Below the pieces are notes generated by a model. It was given only the letters and a program-made list of their open reading frames with translations. It did not search any database and was not told the DNA's origin. From the NCBI GenBank assembly GCA_007376405.1, contig VMGD01000007.1, positions 1 to 53,156 on the forward strand: a stretch of 53,156 nucleotides of DNA. The letters are read 5' to 3'. A program made the position numbers and the translations under genes. Shown here piece after piece: positions 23,058 to 30,647 of this stretch (position 1 is its first letter; every line of letters starts with the position of its first letter). This DNA comes from Microgenomates group bacterium Gr01-1014_7 (GTDB lineage Bacteria > Patescibacteriota > Microgenomatia > Daviesbacterales > UBA10151).

Positions 23058-23599
23058 GCCGGCAAGGCCTGACTCTTCTTGAGGTGCTTGTTGCTATGGG
23101 GATAGCGGTGATAATAGGGACTCTGCTTGTGTCAGTAATGATAAATAGCGCCGGACTTTTTTATAAGCAATCTTCCACGCTTCAGGAAGGTTTGAATATC
23201 AATGATACATTAGGAAAGGTACGGGAAGCCGTAAAGCAGTCAAGCGGAGTTGCAGCTACCTCATCTGCAACACAGATTGTTTTAAAAGTTCCGGCAATTA
23301 ATTCTTCCGGAAATATTATTACCGATACTTTCGATTATATTATTTTTTTCCAGGATCAAACCAAATTGCGTTATAAATTTTTTCCTGATGTCATAAGTTC
23401 CCGAAAATCCCAGGATCAAATCTTTTCAGTGAGTGTTGACAGTTTAACTTTTAAATACCTCGATTCTCAAAATCCGCCAAATGAGGTTAGCCCGGCTTCG
23501 GCCACGAAAGTAAGAATTATTTTAAGTCTAAAACAAAAAACAGGACAAAATATTGAAGTGAATACAGCCACATCGGAGGCCAGTTTAAGAAATGACTAA
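23054..23599 (+). CDS. Minor pilin (second PilW-like)
   Basis: G|LTLLEVLVAM; C-terminal SEASLRN. Confidence 0.78.
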   Translation: MSRQGLTLLEVLVAMGIAVIIGTLLVSVMINSAGLFYKQSSTLQEGLNINDTLGKVREAVKQSSGVAATSSATQIVLKVPAINSSGNIITDTFDYIIFFQDQTKLRYKFFPDVISSRKSQDQIFSVSVDSLTFKYLDSQNPPNEVSPASATKVRIILSLKQKTGQNIEVNTATSEASLRND

Positions 23600-25361
23600 A
23601 GAAAGCGGGCAGATTCTGGTAATGGTTTTTGTGGCAGTGGGGGTGGTTTTGTTTACGGTTTTATCTGTTATTGCCGGAGCCCAGATTTATTACCAAAATG
23701 CTACTTATGCGCAAAATGCGGAGAAAGCTGCTGCTTTGGCCGAGGCCGGAGCGGATAAAGCCCTAAACTCCCTTAACAAAACAGGAGGAAGCTACAATGG
23801 TGAATCTGAAACCTTACTGGGAGATGGGTCATATTCGGTTACTATTACCTCAACAGATGCTGCCACAAAAGTTATTACCGCCGCGGGCTATGTTCCAAAT
23901 AAATCTCAAGCCAGAGCCAAAAGAACTGTTAAAATAACTGCCTCAAGAGGCGTGGGTGTGGCTTTTGCATATGGAATACAAGTAGGAGAAGGAGGGTTGG
24001 AGCTTGGTAATTTAAATACAATTCAGGGTACTATTTATTCAAACGGTCCTATAACCATGGGTAATGACAATACTATAACCGGTGGTGCTTGGGTAGCAGC
24101 AGGCGTTCCGCCTACAGCCAACCAGCAAACTGATTGCGAAGGGTCAAACTGCGTAGACTTTTTATTTGGCAAAACTGTTGACGGTCAAAACAGGCAGGAT
24201 ATAGCTCAAAGCTTTAAACCCTCCATAACAGATAAAATAAGGAAAGTTTCAATAAAGATTAAAAAATTTGGCAACCCCCCTGATGTAACAGTAAGAATTA
24301 TGGGAGATGAGGGCGGAAAACCTAAAAAAAATGATGTTTTTGCAACAGGAACTCTTGCTTCAAGTTTGGTTACTTCGCAGTACGGATGGATTGATGTAAC
24401 TTTTTCCACAAACCCAACACTTTCGGCAGGAACCGCATATTGGATTATGGTTGATACCTCATCAGATTCATCCAACTATTGGTCTTGGCAAAATGATTTG
24501 GCCCAATCTTATGGTAATGGGGTGCCTAAATGGTCTTCTAATTGGAGTGCAGGTAATCCGGCTTGGAACTTACTTTCAGGAGATTTAAGCTTTAGAGCAT
24601 ATATGGGTGGGACTACTAATTCTCTTCTTTCCGGAAATAATACTAGAGTTAAAGGAGATGCCCACGCAAATACTATAGACAGACTTATTATAGAAAAGGA
24701 TGCTTATTATCAATCTATTACAAATTCAACAGTTTTGGGTTCGTCTTTCCCTGGATCAGAAGATCCTCCTCCTAAAACATTCCCTATATCCGAAGCAAAT
24801 ATTACAGGTTGGAAAAGCGAGGCCGCAGCAGCAGGTCCTATTTCCCAACCTACTTGCGGTTCACTAGTTGCCTGGGGGCCAGGGAAATTTATAGGAGATC
24901 TTACTTTAGGAAATGCATGTATCCTTAAAGTAAAAACCCCAATTTGGATAACAGGAAATATTACCATGGGTAATGAGAATCAATTTACATTAGATTCTTC
25001 TTATGGAACCGGTTCCGGAATAATTGTAATGGATGGGCAAGCATCAATGGGTAATGAAAACAAGCTTTTAGGCACCGGAGAAGGAAACAGTATTTTGGTG
25101 ATTTTAACAACATATGATTCAAGAACGAATAATAACAGTGCCATCACAATTGGAAATATAGGCAACACAGGGGTATTTTATGCTGATAAAGGGATTATTG
25201 ATCCGGGAAATAATAATCAATTTAAGGAGATAACAGCTTGGAAAATAAAACTGACAAATGAATCTATCATAGATTATGAAACAGGACTTGCATCAATACT
25301 GTTTACATCAGGCCCAACAGGAGGGTATACTTTAGTTAAGGGGACATATCAGGTGAAGTAG
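23592..25361 (+). CDS. Large PilX-like pilin with extracellular beta-rich domains (putative tip adhesin)
   Basis: G|QILVMVF without Glu5; AAALAEAGADKAL; long G/N/T/S-rich C-terminal region. Confidence 0.75.
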   Translation: MTKESGQILVMVFVAVGVVLFTVLSVIAGAQIYYQNATYAQNAEKAAALAEAGADKALNSLNKTGGSYNGESETLLGDGSYSVTITSTDAATKVITAAGYVPNKSQARAKRTVKITASRGVGVAFAYGIQVGEGGLELGNLNTIQGTIYSNGPITMGNDNTITGGAWVAAGVPPTANQQTDCEGSNCVDFLFGKTVDGQNRQDIAQSFKPSITDKIRKVSIKIKKFGNPPDVTVRIMGDEGGKPKKNDVFATGTLASSLVTSQYGWIDVTFSTNPTLSAGTAYWIMVDTSSDSSNYWSWQNDLAQSYGNGVPKWSSNWSAGNPAWNLLSGDLSFRAYMGGTTNSLLSGNNTRVKGDAHANTIDRLIIEKDAYYQSITNSTVLGSSFPGSEDPPPKTFPISEANITGWKSEAAAAGPISQPTCGSLVAWGPGKFIGDLTLGNACILKVKTPIWITGNITMGNENQFTLDSSYGTGSGIIVMDGQASMGNENKLLGTGEGNSILVILTTYDSRTNNNSAITIGNIGNTGVFYADKGIIDPGNNNQFKEITAWKIKLTNESIIDYETGLASILFTSGPTGGYTLVKGTYQVK

Positions 25362-25374
25362 TCCCCTCTGCTCT

Positions 25375-26412
25375 ATGGGAAAAATTACTATTGGTTTGGA
25401 TTTAGGTTTATCTTCAATAAAAATGGTGGCCCTGGCAAAAGAGGGGGATAAATTTAACTTAAAAACTTTGGGATCTATTCCCGCCCCTTCCCCCGGAATA
25501 TTATCCGACAATGAAGAAGCTCTGCTTGCAGTTTCCGAAGCAATTAAGAAACTAATGACTGCTACAAAAATTGAACAGAAAGAAGTGGTGGCAGCACTGC
25601 CCGAGTCAAAAGTATTTACCAGGGTGATTGATGACCTGCCGTATTTAACAGATAGCGAGTTACAATCTGCAATCAGGTATGCTGCAGAGGAGTTTATTCC
25701 GATGCCTCTCTCGGAGGTTAATTTAAACTGGCAGGTTTTGCTTCGCTCCGATCCCAAAAGCAAGGAAACCAAAACCATTGTACTGGTGGTGGCATCCCCT
25801 AAAAATGCTGTTAATAAGTACCTAAAGGTATTAACAGAGACAGGACTTAAACCCAGAGCTTTGGAAACCGAAACTATCGCAGTGACCAGATCCCTGGTTG
25901 GCAACAACCCCTTCTCCCCCACTACCATGATTGTACAACTGGGAGCGGCAACCACCGATTTTGCGGTAGTTTCAAAGGGTTTAATCTGGCTGACCCGTTC
26001 TATCTCAACTGGCGGAATGGCCTTGACGCGCTCCCTGGCCCAGCATTTTAACTTTGAAATAAATCAGGCTGAGGAGTATAAAAAGGTTTATGGTTTACTT
26101 GAAGATCAACTTGAGGGAAAAGTGTTCGAGGCGCTAAAGCCTGTTACGGATATTATTTTGGTAGAACTAAGAAGGATGATTCAAGCCTTTGAGGCAAAAT
26201 ATCCTCAGAATCCAATCAAACGGATGGTTTTATCCGGAGGCGGAGCAAAAATGCCGGGACTGGTGATTTATTTTGCCAACAATTTGGGGTTGGAAGTACA
26301 AGAGGCTGACCCCTGGTATTCTATTGCCAAAGATAAGGGAATAATTTCCAAATTGGCTACAGATGCGCCTTCCTATTCGGTAGCAGTAGGATTGGCGCTT
26401 CGGGAGGAGTAG
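25375..26412 (+). CDS. pilM: Type IV pilus assembly protein PilM
   Basis: IGLDLGLSSIK, AEEFIP, LSGGGAKMPGL, VAVGLALR (actin-like fold). Confidence 0.92.
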   Translation: MGKITIGLDLGLSSIKMVALAKEGDKFNLKTLGSIPAPSPGILSDNEEALLAVSEAIKKLMTATKIEQKEVVAALPESKVFTRVIDDLPYLTDSELQSAIRYAAEEFIPMPLSEVNLNWQVLLRSDPKSKETKTIVLVVASPKNAVNKYLKVLTETGLKPRALETETIAVTRSLVGNNPFSPTTMIVQLGAATTDFAVVSKGLIWLTRSISTGGMALTRSLAQHFNFEINQAEEYKKVYGLLEDQLEGKVFEALKPVTDIILVELRRMIQAFEAKYPQNPIKRMVLSGGGAKMPGLVIYFANNLGLEVQEADPWYSIAKDKGIISKLATDAPSYSVAVGLALREE

Positions 26413-26413
26413 C

Positions 26414-26959
26414 ATGCAAAAACTTACCATAGACTTACTTCCTGAAGAATTTAAGCAGACGCAAATTAAAAGGTCTAAATTTTATAAAATCCAGTCTATC
26501 GGGATAGTGGTAATTGCGCTGACTGCTTTTTTAGCTTCTTTATTAGTGGTCTTAAGAATACTGCAGAGTCAGAAAATAGTGCAGGTTCAAAGTAGGGCTA
26601 AAGAGGTTGAAACAAGAGTGTCTCAGCTAACTTCTACTCAAGGCTATTTATTACTCTTAAAGAATAGACTTTCCACCATAAACCAATATCTGGGAATTCC
26701 CTCAAGGCAGGCTCAAATATATAATTTAATAGGAAAACTCATACCCCCTTCGGTTTCTATAAGTTCAGTTGCCGTTGATAAGGGTGGAGAGGTTTTGATT
26801 TTGGCAACAAGCAGTGATGGAGGCTCACTTGATCTATTTATAAACAGTTTGCTTTCCAAAGATACAAATGAGGATAAGGTTAAGGAGATTAATATGGAAA
26901 GTTTAAGCAGAGGGAGGGATGGGATTTACAGATTAAGCTTTAAAATTAAACCAAAGTGA
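26414..26959 (+). CDS. pilN: PilN-like protein
   Basis: N-terminal IDLLP motif, one TM helix, coiled coil; follows pilM. Confidence 0.8.
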   Translation: MQKLTIDLLPEEFKQTQIKRSKFYKIQSIGIVVIALTAFLASLLVVLRILQSQKIVQVQSRAKEVETRVSQLTSTQGYLLLLKNRLSTINQYLGIPSRQAQIYNLIGKLIPPSVSISSVAVDKGGEVLILATSSDGGSLDLFINSLLSKDTNEDKVKEINMESLSRGRDGIYRLSFKIKPK

Positions 26960-27660
26960 TGAAAAAAGAAGAATTATTAAAATTTTATCTGAATTACAGA
27001 TTGTATATTTTCCCGACTGTAGCCTTCGTTTGCAGTTTGATTTTACTGATGGTGGTGATTTATCCTCAGTTGGTGAAACTTTTGAGTAATGAGAGAACTA
27101 TACAGGATTTAACTAAGAGAGGAATTTTTTTAGAGGCTAAAGCGGAGGTTATGGAAAATTATGATATTTCTGATTTAGATAACAAGATAAAAAATGTTTT
27201 AAGTTCCTATCCTGCTGATAAGGATTTTGCCGCTGTGATAGGAGTTTTGCAGAATTTAACAGCTCAGGCAGGATTTAATATTGTGTCTTTATCTTTGGGA
27301 GGCGGTTCGAAAGAAACTAAACTTCAAAGTTACGGTATAAAATTGGATCTTTTGGGGCCGGTAAAATTTCTTCCGATTTTGATAAATAATATTGAACACT
27401 CACCTCGCCTTATGCGAGTTTCCAGTATAGAAGCCACAACCGGAAAAGATGCTCAATCTGCTGTGGTAACCCTTAATGTAGAAGTTTTATATGCTGAGGT
27501 TCCAAAGGAGTTTGGGAGTGCTGATTCTCCCTTGCCCGAGTTATCCCAGAAAGATGAGGAAGTTCTGGCAGCGCTGGCAGGAGCTGCACCATACCCTCTT
27601 TCCCAGCCGCAAGCTACTCCGGGAGCTTCTCTTCGGGGCAAACCTAATCCGTTTGAGTAA
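26956..27660 (+). CDS. pilO: PilO-like protein
   Basis: TM plus coiled coil, IEHSPRLMRV, terminal GKPNPF; follows pilN. Confidence 0.75.
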   Translation: MMKKEELLKFYLNYRLYIFPTVAFVCSLILLMVVIYPQLVKLLSNERTIQDLTKRGIFLEAKAEVMENYDISDLDNKIKNVLSSYPADKDFAAVIGVLQNLTAQAGFNIVSLSLGGGSKETKLQSYGIKLDLLGPVKFLPILINNIEHSPRLMRVSSIEATTGKDAQSAVVTLNVEVLYAEVPKEFGSADSPLPELSQKDEEVLAALAGAAPYPLSQPQATPGASLRGKPNPFE

Positions 27661-27670
27661 TAAAATCAGC

Positions 27671-27688
27671 CCCCACCCCTGGGGTGGG
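27671..27688. repeat. GC-rich palindrome CCCCACCCCTGGGGTGGG, copy 1 (possible bidirectional terminator)
   Basis: Perfect inverted repeat between the convergent pilO and trmD stops; identical copy at 28413-28430. Confidence 0.8.
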
Positions 27689-27689
27689 A

Positions 27690-28388
27690 TTAAGTTGCCA
27701 GATCAGGTCTAACTTTTTTAGTTTTTTGTAAAGCTTTTTCTTTTCTCCATTTTTCTATTTCTGCATGGTTTCCGGATAAAAGTATTTTTGGGACCTTTTT
27801 GCCTTCGAAGTCCTCAGGTCTGGTATATTGCGGACCTTCTAATAGGGTATAGGGTTTAGCGTTTAGGGTATAGTTAGAAAAAGATTCAATTTCAGTGGCC
27901 TCGGGTTTTTCCAGAACTCCGGGAAGTAGACGCACTATAGAATCAACAATTACCATGGCTGGAATCTCTCCGCCGGTTAACACATAATCTCCAATGGAGA
28001 TTTCCTCATCTACATACCTATCAATAAACCTCTGATCAACACCCTCGTAATGACCGCATATTATAATAATGTAGGAATGTTTGGATAAGCTTCGTGCTTT
28101 TGCTTGAGTATATTTTTTGCCTGAAGCCGAAGTAAGAATAACTTTTGACTTTTGATTTTTGACTTTTAACTTTTTTATAGCTTTGGCTAAAATATCTGCT
28201 TTGAGGATCATTCCGGCTCCTCCGCCGTATGGACGATCATCAACTACTTTGTGTTTGCCTTCTCCAAAAGCCCTTAAATTGACAAGTTCAAAAATTATTT
28301 TCCCCTTTTGCTGAGCTCGTTTTAGAATGGAAGTGTTTAATATGGGATCAAAAACTTCCGGAAAAAGGGTAATGATACTGATTTTCAT
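27690..28388 (-). CDS. trmD: tRNA (guanine37-N1)-methyltransferase
   Basis: ITLFPE, VDDRPYGGGAGM, CGHYEGVDQR, SIGDYVLTGGE, LLSGNH. Start moved to ATG 28388. Confidence 0.96.
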   Translation of the reverse strand: MKISIITLFPEVFDPILNTSILKRAQQKGKIIFELVNLRAFGEGKHKVVDDRPYGGGAGMILKADILAKAIKKLKVKNQKSKVILTSASGKKYTQAKARSLSKHSYIIIICGHYEGVDQRFIDRYVDEEISIGDYVLTGGEIPAMVIVDSIVRLLPGVLEKPEATEIESFSNYTLNAKPYTLLEGPQYTRPEDFEGKKVPKILLSGNHAEIEKWRKEKALQKTKKVRPDLAT

Positions 28389-28412
28389 AAATTTTCCTAC
28401 GGTGTGTGGGTA

Positions 28413-28430
28413 CCCCACCCCTGGGGTGGG
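28413..28430. repeat. GC-rich palindrome CCCCACCCCTGGGGTGGG, copy 2
   Basis: Identical 18-mer abutting the khpA stop codon. Confidence 0.8.
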
Positions 28431-28700
28431 TTAGCTTGACACATCGGGAGATCTGTGTTTTTGACCTTCAGGTTCATTAAGCTGAAGGTTTACTCTGACA
28501 TTTTCAGCAATCGCTCTGACTGTCAGCAGTTTCCTGATTGCTCTTATTGTCTGGCCACTTTTGCCAATGATGATTCCCATATCTGAGGGATCAACTGAAA
28601 GGGTTAAATTAATATTTCCGGCCTCAGTTTGTTCGTCAATTGCCACAGAATCTGGTTTAGTTACCAGATTTTTAACTACGTATTCAAGTAAGTCTCTCAT
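28431..28700 (-). CDS. khpA: KH-domain RNA-binding protein KhpA
   Basis: DMGIIIGKSGQTIRAIR; usual position after rpsP. Confidence 0.9.
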   Translation of the reverse strand: MRDLLEYVVKNLVTKPDSVAIDEQTEAGNINLTLSVDPSDMGIIIGKSGQTIRAIRKLLTVRAIAENVRVNLQLNEPEGQKHRSPDVSS

Positions 28701-29141
28701 TTACTTTTCCTTTTTTGGTTCAGAAGACTCGGAATGACTCGGTTTATCGGATGAGGTCGGAGTTTCAGTAGATTCAGAAGGTTCAGAATTTTCTGGCTGA
28801 GCTATTTCTTTTTCGGGTTTACTGACTTGCTGATTCTCTGAGTTTTCTGATTTCTCTGGAACTTTTGACTCTTCCTTCTTTTCCTTCTTTGGTTTTCTTG
28901 GTGGACGCTGCGGAGCTTTTCCGATCATCCGGAGATATCCTTCTGAAGGTTGAGCCCCCTGAGCAGTCCAGTAATCTATTCTATCCTGCTTAAGTCTTAC
29001 ATCTTTTGGTTCGGTTAAGGGATTGTATGTTCCCAAAAGCTCAAGATAACCACCTGTTCTTTTGGCCCGCTCATCCACAGCCACTACCCGGTAAAAGGGT
29101 CTTTTCTTAGTGCCTATTCTCATTAATCTAATTTTAAGCAT
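28701..29141 (-). CDS. rpsP: 30S ribosomal protein S16 with low-complexity C-terminal tail
   Basis: MLKIRLMRIGTKKRPFYRVVA, LGTYNP, GAQPS. Confidence 0.95.
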   Translation of the reverse strand: MLKIRLMRIGTKKRPFYRVVAVDERAKRTGGYLELLGTYNPLTEPKDVRLKQDRIDYWTAQGAQPSEGYLRMIGKAPQRPPRKPKKEKKEESKVPEKSENSENQQVSKPEKEIAQPENSEPSESTETPTSSDKPSHSESSEPKKEK

Positions 29142-29160
29142 GGGGATAAGTATAGTGTAG

Positions 29161-29847
29161 TCAGCTTAACTTTTCAAGGGCAAGGGATGCGGCTTGCTCT
29201 TCGGCTACCTGTTTGCTCCCTCCTTCTCCCCTGCCATATTCTTTCCCTTTTAAATATACTGCTACTGTGAATTTTTTAGCGTGATCCGGCCCCCGGGTTG
29301 CCAGAATTTTGTAATGAGGAGACTGTTTTAATTTTTCCTGGACAATTTCCTGCAAGTTTGATTTGGCATCTTTGGGAGGACCTGATTTTAACTCCGCGCT
29401 AAAAAGAGAAAGCAGATTTTTCTCTATTACTTTTTGGACTGTTTCCAAGCCCTGGTCAAGATAAATTGCTCCGAGCAAGGCCTCAAAAGTATTGGCCAGC
29501 AGTTGAGTATTTTCCCTGCCACCTCCTAACTCCTCGCCTTTTGACAAACATAAGTAACTTCCCAGTTTAAGTTTTTTGGCTGCCTCTGCCAGGGAATTGG
29601 TTTTGACAATGTAGGCCCGTAGATTAGTTAGATCACCCTCTGCATCTTTAGGTTTCTCTTGAAAGAGGTGGGATGAAATAACAAAAGAAAGAATAGAATC
29701 TCCTAAAAATTCCAGCCGTTCATTGGACGCAATATTTAGATTGACCTCATTTAAGTAAGACCGGTGATAAAAAGCCTGCTGAAGAAGCTTGATATTTTTA
29801 AAACTTATATTTAGATTTTTTAGAAGGTTTGAAAATTCATTTGACAT
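29161..29847 (-). CDS. rnc: Ribonuclease III
   Basis: NERLEFLGDS signature, FEALLGAIYLD, dsRBD KSNLQE...GPDH...AEEQAA. Confidence 0.96.
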   Translation of the reverse strand: MSNEFSNLLKNLNISFKNIKLLQQAFYHRSYLNEVNLNIASNERLEFLGDSILSFVISSHLFQEKPKDAEGDLTNLRAYIVKTNSLAEAAKKLKLGSYLCLSKGEELGGGRENTQLLANTFEALLGAIYLDQGLETVQKVIEKNLLSLFSAELKSGPPKDAKSNLQEIVQEKLKQSPHYKILATRGPDHAKKFTVAVYLKGKEYGRGEGGSKQVAEEQAASLALEKLS

Positions 29848-30087
29848 CTAATCCAGTAAGTTATCCTCTATCAGGACTATTAAATCCTCCACTTTGTTTA
29901 AATGTTCAATATCATCCGGCTCAAAGCTAACATTAAATTTCTGTGAAAGATTTGATAAAAGGTCATTTAATTCTATTGGACCTAAATTTAACTCTTCACG
30001 CAAAAGAGCCCCCCGGTCTACATCCTCCGGACTCAAAGCCAACTGTTCAGCTATTGCTTGTATAATTTGTGCATCAAGAGTTGACAT
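29848..30087 (-). CDS. Acyl carrier protein homolog lacking the phosphopantetheine Ser
   Basis: 79 aa, acidic; ungapped manual alignment to E. coli AcpP; upstream of rnc; DSL replaced by GPI. Confidence 0.75.
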   Translation of the reverse strand: MSTLDAQIIQAIAEQLALSPEDVDRGALLREELNLGPIELNDLLSNLSQKFNVSFEPDDIEHLNKVEDLIVLIEDNLLD

Positions 30088-30445
30088 GGATTTTTTTAAG
30101 TTTAATTATTCTACCTAGCGCTCCATTGATGAAAGCGCCTGATGAGTCGGAACCGTACTGCTTCCCAAGTTCTACTGCTTCATCAATAACTACCTTAGGA
30201 GGTACGTCTTTCTTTATTATTAACTCAAAAATGCTCAAACGCAAGATAGCTAAATCAATCCGGTTGATTTCAATAAGTGGTCTACTGGAGGCGGCTTTGC
30301 CAATAAGCCCATCAATTTCTTTTAATTTTTTTACAATTTCAGCAATATCTTTTGGGGGAGTTTTCTTTTTAAGAAAATTCCAGGTAAAAAGCTGCTGCAT
30401 TAGCTTAATACGGTGTTGATGGCGAGGGTCTTTGGCAGTTTTCAT
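30074..30445 (-). CDS. nusB: Transcription antitermination factor NusB
   Basis: [37 protein letters not shown]. Confidence 0.93.
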   Translation of the reverse strand: MKTAKDPRHQHRIKLMQQLFTWNFLKKKTPPKDIAEIVKKLKEIDGLIGKAASSRPLIEINRIDLAILRLSIFELIIKKDVPPKVVIDEAVELGKQYGSDSSGAFINGALGRIIKLKKIHVNS

Positions 30446-30640
30446 TTAAGCTTTTGTCACTTTAACTTCGGGCTTGGTTATTGCTTTTCCGCCGTAAAAT
30501 CCGCACTCTTGACAAACTACATGTGACCTTGTTGGTTTGCCGCAGTTTTTACAAGTTACTAAAGATACAGCTAAATTAATAGCTGCTCTTCTGGTTCGCT
30601 TGCGTGCTTTAGAATGTCTTCTTTTTGGTTCGCCTGGCAT
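30446..30640 (-). CDS. rpmF: 50S ribosomal protein L32
   Basis: PKRRHSKARKRTRR, CKNCG, HVVCQECGFY. Start moved to ATG 30640. Confidence 0.93.
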   Translation of the reverse strand: MPGEPKRRHSKARKRTRRAAINLAVSLVTCKNCGKPTRSHVVCQECGFYGGKAITKPEVKVTKA

Positions 30641-30647
30641 AAAATTC

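Noticed and set aside
27671-28430. trmD as a transposon or CRISPR unit between identical 18-mers
   Set aside because: Only two copies about 740 nt apart around a core gene in its usual operon; no transposase or cas genes.
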